From: Chlorokybus atmophyticus
Lineage: Eukaryota > Plantae > Mesostigma and Chlorokybus algae
Assembly (NCBI GenBank): GCA_009103225.1
Contig: RHPI01001168.1
Location: 125,337 to 189,336, forward strand
DNA: 64,000 nt
Direction: 5' to 3'
Part shown: positions 1 to 13,832 of the stretch, piece after piece
How positions within the stretch are numbered: position 1 is the stretch's first letter
Layout of the letters: every line of letters begins with the position of its first letter
The notes under the pieces: model-generated
Told to the model about the DNA's origin: nothing
Databases searched by the model: none
The model's input: the letters and a program-made list of their open reading frames with translations, nothing else
Program-made: the position numbers and the translations under genes

Positions 1-47
1 TTGCATGCCAGAGGCGGGAAACTTGGCCGCCAGTCACTGGCTCCGTC

Positions 48-240
48 GTACCATTATAATGGTACCATCGAGCCATTGCACGTCCAGGGTGAGTCTCTGG
101 ATATTTTTATATACATATATGTTCTGATTGAACCGTTTCAATGGTACGAAGATGCCTTTGCCAAAAGGTATAGGCATTGTACAAGGGTACCATTGAAATG
201 GTACCTTTGTACAATGGCAATGGCAGTTCGTACCATTGAC
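48..240. repeat. Cluster of GTACCATT/AATGGTAC palindromes and a 22-bp-arm hairpin
   Basis: Perfect 18-bp palindrome gtaccattataatggtac at 48-65. Hairpin 173-216 has 22-bp arms with 2 mismatches and a 2-nt loop. Further half-sites lie near 140 and 230. Confidence 0.75.
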
Positions 241-1810
241 AACTCTGGCAATGTCAGTCCCCCTGCGCATGAAAACACCATTGATAGCTCCGCCAAGCTA
301 TGCCCTTACAGGGGCGTGATGCCGAGGGTATGTGGCGTTTGGAAGATCGTTGGCGGCGCTGCCAGGGGCGTAGTGGGCATTGTGGTCGAGGTCCGGGATG
401 AATTCCATGTTCGCACAGGGCGGGCAGGGTGCCGGAGGGGTGTCCTCGGTGTCAAACCCCACCAAGACTACCAAGGGCACATCCAATGACAACAGTGACT
501 CGGGCGATATCTTACAGGGCTCCCCCTCCGAGTGGGCAAAGGTACACCACAATACTGCCTCTAAGAAAATCCGACCCACCAGCAGCTGCGACCACGGCGA
601 CATGATTGAAAGGACCAAACAAGACTGGCATAACCAAGGTGGGTTACGATGCACTGTCAATGCCACATGCTAGGGTTCTTTTATCTTGCACATGCACAGC
701 CTCAAGTATCTTGCACTTGACATACATTGTCAATACGACATGCACACCCTCATGCACAACCTCACCTGTCATGCACATGAACAGCATGACCAATCTCGCA
801 AATGCACAGTCTATTTCTACTTGCGGGAGCTCACAAGTCGCAAAAGAGAAGCTGCGGAGTCAAACGAACGGGTAATCTATAACCTAGTTTAATGTTTTCA
901 GCGGTAATTAAGCAGTATGCTTGCTGATTGCCATGTTGGTCAGAGTGAACCAAGAGCAGCGCGGCAGGCTGACTGTCTGCCTGGCGGAGTGCAACAAAGC
1001 GGAAGACGAGGTAAGCGTGTGTATGCTGATGGGCTAGTCCTCTGGCAGCGCCACTCTTACAGCATTACCAATGCAGGTGGTCACTCTCAAAGCGACCATC
1101 AAGCGCATGCGCGTGCACGGCGAGGCGCTGACATTCAAGCTGAAGGACGAAGTAGCCGCTGTACTGTCAGCGAGCGAGGCAGCGGATGAAGATGACTCCG
1201 GCGTTGAAGCAGAAGACTCGTCGGAGGAGGAACAGGAGGAGGGGGTTTGAGGAGGAGTTCTGAGGCAGGCACCACGGGTTGACAAGCTGCGCATGAGTGC
1301 GACAGCTAGACTCGCTGTTATAGGATAGTTTCATGCGCAAGTCGGCTGCTCAGTTGTAAGTGGACATACTCTCACCACTGCCCGTACATTGTATATCGTG
1401 GGCTTTTAGGTGCAAGACCAAACAATCAGTCCAAGATTTGTACAAGCTGCATGGCATGTTAGTGTTGGCTTACGGCAAGAATTGCCAGCTTTCGTCAAAC
1501 GGCAAGGGTCACATGTTAACAGCAGCGTAACGGCAAAGAAACTGCCGGCTATTGCTGTCAGCTGTCCGTAATCACCGGTCAACGGCCGGCTGTGCACATC
1601 GACCAAAGGGTAACTGGTTGACAACTCTCGGCCGGTTAGTGCCACTGACAACCACTTTCGGCCCGCGGCCGTCTGCGTCATTCCACTTAAGCCAACGGCA
1701 AACCCAACAGTCCAAAAGTAATATTTCAAGCAGCGACAGGCAGGCTCAGGTAGGCTCAGGCACCAGTCAGTCTCTCAGTCCTTAGTCAGTCACCGTGTAA
1801 AATTTGCGAC

Positions 1811-2390
1811 GATATATAGCATAACATATATGTATCATTTATGTATACAACTTATATAACTTATAAATGTATGACCTATACATATGTATACATATAAATG
1901 GTAAATACATATAGTACAACATATACGTATATATATATATATATATGTATAGCATTTATATCTTTTACATATATAATTGATATATGTATGACCTATATAT
2001 ATATAGTTGGTAAATACATACATTACAACATATACGTATATATATATAGAGCATACATATATAGCATAACATATATATATCCTATATATATGTATACATA
2101 TATGTATGTATAGCATACATATATATCATAACATATATATATCTTACATATGTATATATATATAGTTGGTAAATACAAATATTACACTATATACGTATAT
2201 ATATAGCATACATATATAGCATAACATATATGTATAATATATATATGTATATATATATGTATGTATAGCATACATATATATCATAACACATATATATCCT
2301 ATATATATGTATATATATAGTTGGTAAATACATATATTACAACATATATGTATATATATATGTATGTATAGCATACGTATATAGCATAAC

Positions 2391-2427
<37 letters not shown>

Positions 2428-2708
2428 AACTTATATACATGTATGATGTCATACAAGTTTATAAGGCCTATGTATATGTATATATATACATATATATATG
2501 TATGTATATGTATGTATGTATATATGTATGTATACATATACATGTATGTATATATATGTATATATACAAGCATATATATACATATATATACATATACTTA
2601 TATGTATCTGTATATATATATACATATATATACATATATACGTATACATATGCTTATATGTATCTGTATATATATATACATATATTTACATATATATACA
2701 TATATCTC
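1811..2708. repeat. TA-rich low-complexity tract with a degenerate ~155-160 bp higher-order repeat
   Basis: Almost pure TA/TATG sequence; ttggtaaata recurs at 2007, 2166 and 2321, and tagcataaca recurs several times. Confidence 0.9.
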
Positions 2709-2895
2709 TCTTCGCAAACGACGGCGCTGGTGCGGACGGGCGTCGGCCCGGGGGTGAGCGCCGACGGCGCGACGCTCGGTTAACCGAGGGCAGTCGCGCG
2801 GAAGGTGCGGCGCCGGCTAGCGCGCGGCTCCCGGCCATTCCCGCCGGTCGGGCCGCGCGGGCCACGCGGGGCGTCTCTGCGGCCTTCTGAGAGCG

Positions 2896-5504
2896 GTGCG
2901 GGCTTCCGACACCGACAAGTGCCGCGAGGTCTCCCTTCTACTCACTGGTACTGCCGCTGGTTGGTTCATTAACCAACCAATTGACATTAAAACCACCTGG
3001 TCCAAGCTCCGTGATGCATTACTTTTTGCCTTTTCGGCAACACCAGCTACATCCGCCTCAGCATGGTCACATATCTTCGCCATGAAGCAACGTGAACAGG
3101 AGACAGTCACCGCGTATTTTGTGCGTTGTAATGAGACCCTAGTGTTTGCGGATGATAATTTAACGGAAAGACCAGAATTGGTTTGTTTTGGGCCACCGTT
3201 AAGCCACATTATGGAGACAGAGCAGCAACATCTAAAGCTAACACATTGGAGGAAGCTTTTGCATTAGCAAGAAGGGTGGAGGCAACAATTAATGATTTAC
3301 AGCCCAGTCAGGTGCCCAAAGTGACTTTAAATGCACAGTCAGTTGCTCCAAGACCCCACAGTCATTTTAACCGCTCACAGCCACGCCGACTTGTTGCCAA
3401 CAGTGGCGGCAACGTACGCCACTCTCACATTCGTGGCAAGTCACGTCATGATGGCTACCAGTCACATCAGCATGCACAGCAGCGTCCCATGCCGAAATTC
3501 AATCAACAGGGGGAACCAAGATGTTCTAATTGCAACAAATATGGCCATTATACCAATGATTGTCGCTTGGCAGGCCGTCGCATGCAGCAGAACGCCATGC
3601 TTACTACCGGCGAGGAGGATACGCCGCTCATCACTCATTTTGACATCCAAGCAGTGACGTCTACGACAGCAGCAGCCAGAGGCGTGTGCACCGTTTTTGG
3701 CAAGTTGGAGGGCAAAACTGTGAATGTTCTCTTGGACACCGGCTCCTCTATTTCGTCAGTGTCCTCTGCACTCGCCGCCGAGCTTGGCTTACCAGTCACG
3801 TCAGCCCCACGCATTACTGTACACTTGGGTAATGGCCACATTACCACCGAATCTGGTACTGCATGCTCTGCTACCCTCATCATTGGAGAGGCGTACACCC
3901 AACGTTGGAGGTTCCGCATCTTGCCAACACAGCTATTTGATGTAGTCCTCGGCACTGACTGGCGGAGGGCGACAGACTGCAGTGTGTCTGCGCATTTTTT
4001 GAGGTTTCCTAACGGCACGGAGACTGCGCTGTCCCCACCAACTACTGTGTGTGCTACCACTATCGCTGCTCATGTCCCACTCTCAGCAGTGCACGTACCA
4101 ATACGTGTCCGGCCTCAATCGCGGCCAGTTCCGTCTGCTGGAGTGTCAGCTCTGCTATCGGAGTATACAGCACTGTTTGAGGTGCCGGATCCTGCAAAAA
4201 CCACTGACGTTGTACAACATGTCATTGATACGAGGGGGGGGAGGCCTGTTCGCATCAGACAGTACAGGCGCTCACGGCAAGAAAACAATTTGATAGAGAA
4301 CCTTGTCATCGATATGTTGGAGGAGGGCTTTATTGTACCATCCTCTTCAGAATGGTGCAGTCAGGGGGTCCTCGTGGACAAGCCTGACGGTGGCAAACGT
4401 TTTTGCGTTGATTACAGAGCACTGAATGACGTAACAATAAAGGACAAGTACCCTCTGCCGAACATAGATTCCAGGTTCGATAGACTGCAAGGATACAACG
4501 TATTCTCAAAGATGGACGCTGCCTCGAGGTTTTTGCAGGTCCGTATGCACGCTGAGAGCCGTGCAAAGACAGCGTTTCAAACAGAATCTGGTTTGTAGGA
4601 ATGGACTGTCATGCCTTTTGGCTTGTGCAACGCGCCAGCAACATTTCAACGTCTGATGCACAGTTTTCTACGTGACCTGCCCTTCGTACTAATCTACATC
4701 GACGACATTCTGGTGTGTTCTCGAGACGAAGAGGAGCACGCTACTCATCTGCGACAGGTGTTTGAGCGGCTCACAGCAGCTGGCATCGTACTGAAGGAAC
4801 CTAAGTGCATGTTCGCTGTCTTCTCTTTACGGTTCTTAGGCTTTGTCGTGTCATCTGAGGGCCTGCGCGCTGACCATGACAAGACCAACGCCATCAGTGA
4901 GTACCCTCAGCCTCATGGTGTTTGGCTGTACGTCGATTCCTTGGCATGTGTGCATTCTACGCACGTTTTATCCCTGGCTTTGTGACCGTATCAGCGCCAC
5001 TGCGTGCTCTCGTGTGCAAGGACATTAGCTTTGAGTGGACAGAGGATTGTCAGAAGGCATTCGTTTAGTTGAAGACAGCGCTGGCTTCAGCACCGCTGCT
5101 TCGTTTCCCTGACTTCTCATCAAGCTTTGTGCTACGCACGGATGCAAGCAACTATGGGCTCAGGCTTGTGTTGCTACAATACTCTTGCGCGCACGATGCG
5201 TATGCGCCATTGTTGTTCGCGCTCGTTGACATCCGCGGAGAAAAACTACACCACGACGGAGCGCGAGTGTCTCGCGGTGGTGTGGGCGTTCAACAAGCTT
5301 CGTCCTTACCTACATAGTGCGGACGTGCAACTCAAGACCGACCATAGCGCGTTGGTGGAACTTTTGCGTACGAAGCAACCTAGAGGTCGCATTGCACGGT
5401 GGGTGCTATCCTTGCAAGCCTACACCTACACTATCTCGCACCGCCCGGGTGCATTGTGTGGTGATGTTGATGCGCTTTCGCGCGCACCCGTTGGTGATGT
5501 TTAA
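2896..5504 (+). pseudogene. Gypsy gag-protease-RT-RNase H, disrupted
   Basis: ORFs 2896-3267, 3183-4598, 4611-4985 and 5127-5504 carry successive domains; in-frame TAG at 4596-4598 and several frameshifts. Confidence 0.9.
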
Positions 5505-6139
5505 GCCGCACGCGTGGTGTTAGAAATACCACCACCACCACGCCGAACACGCTGCAGCATCACACGTTCAGCATCGGCAAGCAGCAACAGCAGCGCACAG
5601 CGGCAGCCAATAGCATCATATGAGGGAACTGTGCAGAGACTGCACGCACTGCAAGTTCTCCCCCTGTCTACTCATCATTCATTGATGAGCCCTATTAGGA
5701 CGTTCCTGCTGGTTCTTACAACCCTACTGAACCCTACGAAGACAACCGCAGCGCCAGCGACACCACCCCCTTTTCCTGTGCAACTGCCTGCACTGCTCTA
5801 CAAGGCCGCCCCAAGCACTACCCCTCAGCGTATTCCAGCTGAGATTAGACAAAATACAACGTCTCCAGTGCTGCATCCACGCCAGTCATCTTCTACTCTT
5901 TAGGATCTACAGGACAAGCATGCAACATTGCCTCCGCCGCCGCCGTTGCCCTCACCCTCAACGCCACCAACCACGCCGCCGCTAACATCCTGGCCCAGTC
6001 CGACCAGATCAGCCCTGCCCAGCGTAACCGAGTTACGCAAGACCCAGATATCGGACTCTGCGATATCTAAGGTCCACGATATCCTGGAAGCTGACGTCGC
6101 AGGTACCGTCCCCAGTGGCACCTGATCTCGCACGCGTTA

Positions 6140-9100
6140 CAGTCTACCCTCGCTAAGAGCATACTGTTTATCCTCAGCCATCTTATGCTCTTGGCGGGGT
6201 TATTCTCTAAGCGTTTAAGAGCATAATATGCTATTGACTGCCAAGAGCATAAATATGCTATTAGCGGGGTCTTGTGTCTTATACTTTTTCGCTTTAGCAT
6301 GGTGAGCAATGAAGCTCAACAATGCCCATGTTGCTACATTCTAACTTGAATATCATACAATTGCGTTGCTATAGTCAGATGAATGCAAACAACATTCTTG
6401 CCATTTGTGTGACATGCAGCCAAGATGCTGCGGTTGTAATGCATTGTTTAATGTACATCTGCTAAGCCTGTCAATGGGCTTGAAATGTGTTTCAGTGTGT
6501 TGACTTTTGTGTATGATGCAAAGCATGCACACTTGCATGCATGTCTCATGCCTTGAACATAATGAAAGTTCGCATGTACATCAAACATCTCAGCCACTAG
6601 TCATCAACTACAAGAGGGTCTTCGGCCGTTGCACTGGTGGTGGCTGCGTGTGATGTTGATGCCTCATTGCTCGAGGCATGAAAGAACTCGTGCAAGCGTG
6701 TCTGGTGCGAGGAGCCAAATAGCTGATGACGAATCACCACATTGCGGATGTGCCGCAACGCCAACTGTAAATGCTCAGGCATAAAGCACTCACTGCCAGC
6801 CACGAAGGCCTCAATACTGCCCAAGTGCTGAAGACACCCGAATGTCGTCACAACCGGCGGTGCGCACTCACCATCATCTGCAATGTGTTATGTGAAAATT
6901 ATGAGAAGGAAAGCTACATACGGTGTGCATGCACGCGTACACACCTTCCGCGTCGGGATCGGCGGTGTCGTCCGTCGGTGGAGTCAGTGCCCCAATACTC
7001 ATCAAAATGTCCTCGTCACATTGGCTAGCCTCAGTAGGAAGATGATCATCCGCCTCGACGAACTCGTCAGCGGAGAGCATGTCAACACGTGGAATGGGCA
7101 AACGCTGCATCATCTCACCCATGTCGTGTATCACCGCGTGAATGATGCGCTCGGTGTCGGTGGGAGTGGCCTCATACCATTCCACGGGGGTAATGCCAGT
7201 CTTCCTCCAGCAGTTGGCAATGGTTGTGGCAGTCAGTTCGTCCCACGCCTCGCGATTCCACATGATGGCTTCACGCATCTGCACCTTCACTTTACTCAAG
7301 TCGAGGGTGGGGTCTGCATCATATTGCTGGAGAAGATGCTGCACAAGCTTCCTTTTGTACCTGCACATGAAGACCATCAACAACATGATGTACACCACAA
7401 CAAACTCTGACAAACAAGGGGGGTTTGGGGGGCCCCCCAACCCGAAAATTCTAATATCTTGATAGAAATAAAGGCTCTGTTTGTTCATAACACGGCATGT
7501 ATTGTGACTTACCTGGCCTTGTATGCAGCGATGATGCAGCATCCAGCATCCAAAGGTTGGACTCTGGATGTAGTGTTGGCCGGAAGAAACAGACACTTTA
7601 TGTGGCTTAGTGACAGCGTTCGGAAGCCTTCTTCCAAGCCCTGTTCTGCATACACGCAGGCATGTGTTGAGGAGTTGTCCATCAGCAGCAAGATGTGGCG
7701 GTTCTGTAGCTTCATATCTAGATTGAAGGCACACAACCACCGGCTGAAGACCTGTTGCAAGCATCACAACAGTAAGTGACATGCACAATCAATGCATATG
7801 CAGCTGCAAATGAAGTTGCATATGCACATGCACTCACCCCGGAGTTCATCCAAGCCTTCTTGTTGTAGTCGTAGTCAACGCCAATGCGGATTGGCGTCCA
7901 AGTGCTGCCAAAGGACTTCGGACGCTTGTAGGTGCCAATGATGAGGACTGGTCGCTTTTCAGAACCGTCAGCGTTGACACACAAAACTGCCGTGATTCTG
8001 TCCTTCTCTCGCTTGCCCCCTCTTGCTTCCTCCGATGCAACTACTAATGTACGACGCGGACGTGCTCTATAGAACACTCCGCTCTTATCCATGTTCCATA
8101 CATCAATGATGCGATAGTTTGATAAGATCAAAGGCAATCTACTACGAGCTGCATCCACACCCCCCGCATCTGCATCAGCTGCTTCGCCATGCAGAGTTTT
8201 CGCAGCAATTGAATGACGCTTTTTGAAACGGTGCACCCAACCTTGCGAAGCGTTGAACCCTTCTATTCCTAACCGGTTGGCAAAATCTGATGCTTTCTCC
8301 ATCAACAATGCATCAGTGACCAACGCATTGCGTGTTTTGGCCTGTGCAAACCACTCATACAATCCATCTTCTAACTTGGGATGAGCCCCAATCCGCATCC
8401 TTTTGTTTTTGGCCGCATGCTTGCCACCCACAGCCAACGCATCGGCTATTTGCTGTCGCTATTTATTGAGAAGTTTGGAGAGCGAACTCTGCTTGATAGT
8501 GAACTTCAACTCAGTTCTAATAATAGCAATCAAGTCCGCTTGCTTAAGACCTTCATTGGCGTCACACAACTCAAGGATGCGCTGCTTGTCTTTTAGTGGA
8601 AGGTTATCACGCTTGATTTGTGCGGCCATGCTGACCTACAACAACAATCACACACTACATTACTGTTTGTGCATACACAATCACACACTGCATGTACGTG
8701 CATGCACTGCATATGCGTTGCAAACCCTTACTTGTTGTGCGCCGCCAGCAGCGGCGCTGCAACAGCCTGTGACCAGCTAGCCGCCCTACAAGTTGAGCGG
8801 CATGCCCATCAACTATACCCCGCCCGCCACCGCTGCCCCAGCCTGCGTCTCCTCACCGCCGTCGCTGCCCCCAGCCTGCGTCTCCTCACCGCCGTCGCTG
8901 CCGTCCGAAGTGGCGGCGGTGATGCTTTGCAACGCTAAGTTACATTAAGATACAGTGAATTACATGCATCACGCCCATCATGCTCATCACGCTGTGCGCC
9001 GTATGCATCACACTTGCACCCCCGATACAAGCATATCCTCACTTAAACTTACGACTTTTTTAAGGAAAAAAAATATGCTCTTCGCGGTTAGTCATATTCT

Positions 9101-9203
9101 CTTGAGACGCGTGATTTGCCTGTAGAACGTTTGGTAATCTCATTTTTTATGATACTAACGGGGTTATTCTCTTGAAACGAATTCTCTTGGCGGGGGTAGA
9201 CTG
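6140..9203 (-). mobile_element. pogo/Tigger-family (Tc1/mariner superfamily) DNA transposon, 3064 bp
   Basis: Imperfect ~25-bp TIRs: left cagtctaccctcgctaagagcat, right (reverse complement) cagtctacccccgccaagagaat. TA duplication at 6138-6139 and 9204-9205. Encodes a CENP-B-HTH/DDE_1 transposase. Confidence 0.95.
6597..8629 (-). pseudogene. Intron-containing pogo transposase (N-terminal HTH, CENP-B HTH, DDE_1), inactivated
   Basis: MAAQIKRDNLPLKDKQRILEL..; LEDGLYEWF..FNASQGWVHRFKKRH; WNMDKSG; YDYNKKAWMN; ILLLMDNSSTH; FLPANTTSRVQPLD; TIANCWRKTGI; QTRLHEFF. GT-AG introns separate the segments. In-frame TAG at 8461-8459. Confidence 0.9.
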
Positions 9204-9229
9204 TATATGGCGCGCCTGGTACAGGCGAT

Positions 9230-10396
9230 CTGCTGTACGCGCGCGTCGCAGGGTCGGAGCCGCGCCTCGTCATTCCGGAGCGTTACAAATCCCTTTATTT
9301 ATTAGCTTGTCATGATGACCCACCGATGGGCCATTTAGGGTTTCACAAGACATTGGGGCGCGTGCGCTCGTCGTACTTTTGGCACGGCCTCCGCGGGGAC
9401 GTGCACAATCTTGTAAAATCATGTGACACCTGTCAGCGTCACAACGATGCTTACGACAAAGCCGCGGGCTTACTACAGCCAATCATTGTTACAGAGCCGT
9501 TCGATCTGCTGGCCTGGGACATCACCGGTCCTCTGCCCACATTAGCATCCGGCAATCAGTACATCATCGTATGCTCGGAGTACGTGACACGCTGGACGGA
9601 GACGGCACCCATTGCGGTTGTCAATGCTGACACCGTGGCATCCTTTCTGCTTGCCATCATCAAGCGCCACGGCTGCCCTAAGAAGATCCTGTCAGACTGT
9701 GGCTCATATTTTACTGATGATGTGACGGCGAGCGTTGCCAGTGCCCTTGGCATCGCACAAACCTTCACCTCACCGTACCACCCTCAAACGGACGGCCTAG
9801 TGGAGCGTATGAACAGGACGCTCAAACGGACAATTTCCAAGTACATCAACGAGTTTCATAACAATTGGGACTCAATTTTGGGGGCTGTGACCTTTGCCTA
9901 TAACACCTCAATTCACGCCTGCACCGGTCATACACCTTTTCGCCTGTTGTATGGCCGAGAAGCCCAGCTGCCGCCACAGGCCCAGTTGCCCTCATTCGGC
10001 CCAGCCATTGATGGTACTGCTTGGTACCGCCAACTCACATAGGAGTTGCCCATTTTGAGGGAGGTAGCAGCTGACAACCTACGTACGGCACAAGAGCGCC
10101 AGAAGAAAAATCATGACGCCCGCCACAAGACTGTGGAGTACAACGTGGGTGACCAGGTCCTTGTGAAGACTGTGCGCATGACTTCTAAGAAGCGCAAGTA
10201 TGGCTACGATGGGGTCACTCGTCACACGGGAAAACTGAAGCCCAGATGGTCCGGACCTTATATAGTGTTGGAACGCATCCGCCCCAACACATATAAACTC
10301 GAGAGGAGGGACTACACACCAGGTGCAAGGAAGACCAGTAACAAGCAACATGTTTCTCACCTGACGCCTTATTTCGAGCGTAGCTCTCCTTTTTAA
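9230..10396 (+). pseudogene. Gypsy integrase (H2C2 zinc finger, rve core, C-terminal SH3-like region)
   Basis: RLVIPERYK..HDDPPMGHLG..CDTCQ; AWDITGPL; ILSDCGSYF; YHPQTDGLVER; YNVGDQVLVK..KLKPRWSGPY. One TAG at 10040-10042. No chromodomain seen. Confidence 0.9.
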
Positions 10397-10407
10397 GGAG
10401 AGGGTAA
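10395..10407 (+). other. Polypurine tract
   Basis: aaggagagggtaa immediately precedes the TG start of the 3' LTR. Confidence 0.8.
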
Positions 10408-10696
10408 TGTAGCGGCGCAATGCTTATTATCAGTGTTCTTATTAGCGCCGCATTATCAACATGCTCTTAGTGAGCCAGCGAGGCCACACGCCTCAATAAA
10501 ATGCACAGTAGATATTGCATTAGCCAATAGCATGCTTTGTTTCTCATAAGCTTGTACTAGCTACACGCCACACTTGTGCCCTATTTAAGCGAGCCCTTTC
10601 TATTTCATTAATGCAGTCCTGCTTATTATCACCTGCTCAGTGTGGCTTGCTATATGCATGCGAGATGCCGCCGTTATAGTGAGTGCCGACATTACA
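10408..10696 (+). repeat. 3' LTR of the Gypsy element (~289 bp)
   Basis: Begins TGTA after the PPT and plausibly ends TACA; contains aataaa and a TATA-like ctatttaa. No partner LTR in the window, so the right edge is inferred. Confidence 0.7.
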
Positions 10697-11985
10697 ATCT
10701 CCATAGCTGACTCAGAGGTGGCAGTCTGAAGGCAACTTGCTTGGGCAAGGCGGCTTTGGTTGCATGCACGTGGTGGTGCATAATGGCGGTAGCGGGCGAA
10801 GCCAGTTCATCAATGGCGGCGGGGGTGCAGAAGCGATATGTGTGGCCAAGAAGGGGTGAGGCCGTCACAGTGAGCGCTGGCCTCATCACACAAGAAGAGG
10901 AGGAGGTGACGGAGCCATGCTGGGGAAGCACGGCGGTTGTGGTTCGGTCGCCTCCGCTCACGCGGGAGCTGACGGGCAACTGGCCTTGTGGATATACCCC
11001 GGGTGGGGTCCGGCTGGGGCCCAGCATTCTGGACCCCTGTCCGTCGTCATGGTTTGCCTGTGTCCATGCGTGCGTATGAACTCACATGAAAAGATGTACC
11101 TTGTAGCTACTCCATGACGCCCTACTTCTGGGTGGGTGGCGCAGAACGTTGCTGGTGTCTTGCAACAAGGGTGTATTTCCCTGAATGCCCGCCCTCAGAG
11201 ATCTGTATAGGGTTGTGCCAAGCAGGCGTGCCTGGTTGGGTTCACCGGTGTAGATAATGTGAACATACACGTTGTCGACGGGGTTGCCCTGCTCTGCACT
11301 GCTCTGTGATGCGCTTGTACAAAAGCTGGTCTCCCTCTGTTTAGGAAGCGCCCTCATAATATGCATGTTGTGGGGTAGAATGCCTCCTTCCTTTCTACTG
11401 AATCATACATGCATGGTCGGGCATGTCTCATATGGCATGATAACTGTGCGTACTTGCAGGCCCTATGGCAGGGGGTACGCACCTTCATAACAGTTGGGTT
11501 GGAGGTGCTCTCCAAAGTTCTGGTCTGCTGTACGCCGACATGGGTGCCCAATACCGCTGCTGTACAGCTTAGGAGCGTATGAGTATGAGTATTAGTATGC
11601 ATAGGTGACCTAGAGAATACCCCTGAAGCACCCTGTGTTCTGGATGCGTGGTGCGGAGCAGCGCTGGTGCCGTGCTTGATGCACAGCCTGCCCTGACTGT
11701 CGGGTACCAGCAGAATGTGGGTGGGGCTGTCGGTCTTTGCAGCCTGAGCGACCATGGCACTATTGCCAATGCCTGCGACGCTGCCCCTCTCCTCCTTCCA
11801 GCAGTGCAATGGCACTTTGGCACTGCTATTGTTTAGCAGGAGGACTTTGCAAAATAGTCACTAACTGTATATGGGTAAATGGTGCATATGTGTAGGTACG
11901 GCTACATGCGTCTCTCAGCAGCGTGTGCATGAGACTCTGCATGTGTCGGGTAACTATGGCAACGAGTGCTCATGACCCCCCCCTC

Positions 11986-13217
<1,232 letters not shown>

Positions 13218-13832
13218 NACACCGGCGTGCTTGTGCGTGCTTTAAGACACGCCGGTTCCCCGAGGAGTGCAGAACACGACGATGGCATCGCAGACAGCTC
13301 AGCCACCCCATAGCCGACGATCAGGCTACCCGCTGGACATCCTCTAGCACTGCAGCCAGGGCCTAGGGGTAGAAGGGGGTTGGTCTGAACAAAGGTGTTG
13401 ATTAATCTTTCCAAGTCAGGCATTTGTAGCATAGCCACCGGTGGCCTAGCTTCAATGTTTTCGCGTACATTCATTGCGACTGTACAGTGTGTTGAGTTTG
13501 AGTGTTCATACAGTACAATATATGGCAACAGAAACGTGATCAGTCAATACACAGTACAATTTGCCACGTGCTGCGTGCACATCAACAACACAAACGTTCC
13601 ACACATACAGCTGTCTTAAATTTGTTGTCTTACCATAATGCCAACCAACTCCCCTTTAGCAGCTCCAACCCTCCAGACGCGCTTGATAACATGATGCATT
13701 CTTAAGCAACGAACAACATGTCTACTGTTGCGACTGTACAGCTAAGATATTCCCTACATAACATAACTATCTGCTTCCTATTGCGCTGGCCTAAGAACAA
13801 CAGCTGGATAGGTCACCAGGCTAGGTAAGTAG

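Larger units (their letters stand above)
2896..10696 (+). mobile_element. Decayed Ty3/Gypsy LTR retrotransposon, 5' LTR absent, interrupted by a pogo transposon
   Basis: Domain order gag (LLLTGTAAGWF; zinc knuckle CSNCNKYGHYTNDC), protease (VLLDTGS), RT (RFCVDYRALN, YIDDIL), RNase H (TDASNYG, ERECLAVVW), integrase (HDDPPMGHLG..CDTCQ, AWDITGPL, GLVERMNRTLK). PR-RT-RH-INT order is Gypsy-type. Multiple stops and frameshifts. Confidence 0.95.

Noticed and set aside
1835-2890. Tyr/Ile-rich ORFs
   Set aside because: Translations of the TA-rich repeat.
10697-11960. Several 70-150 aa ORFs downstream of the LTR
   Set aside because: No recognisable domain, and I could not build a consistent spliced model.
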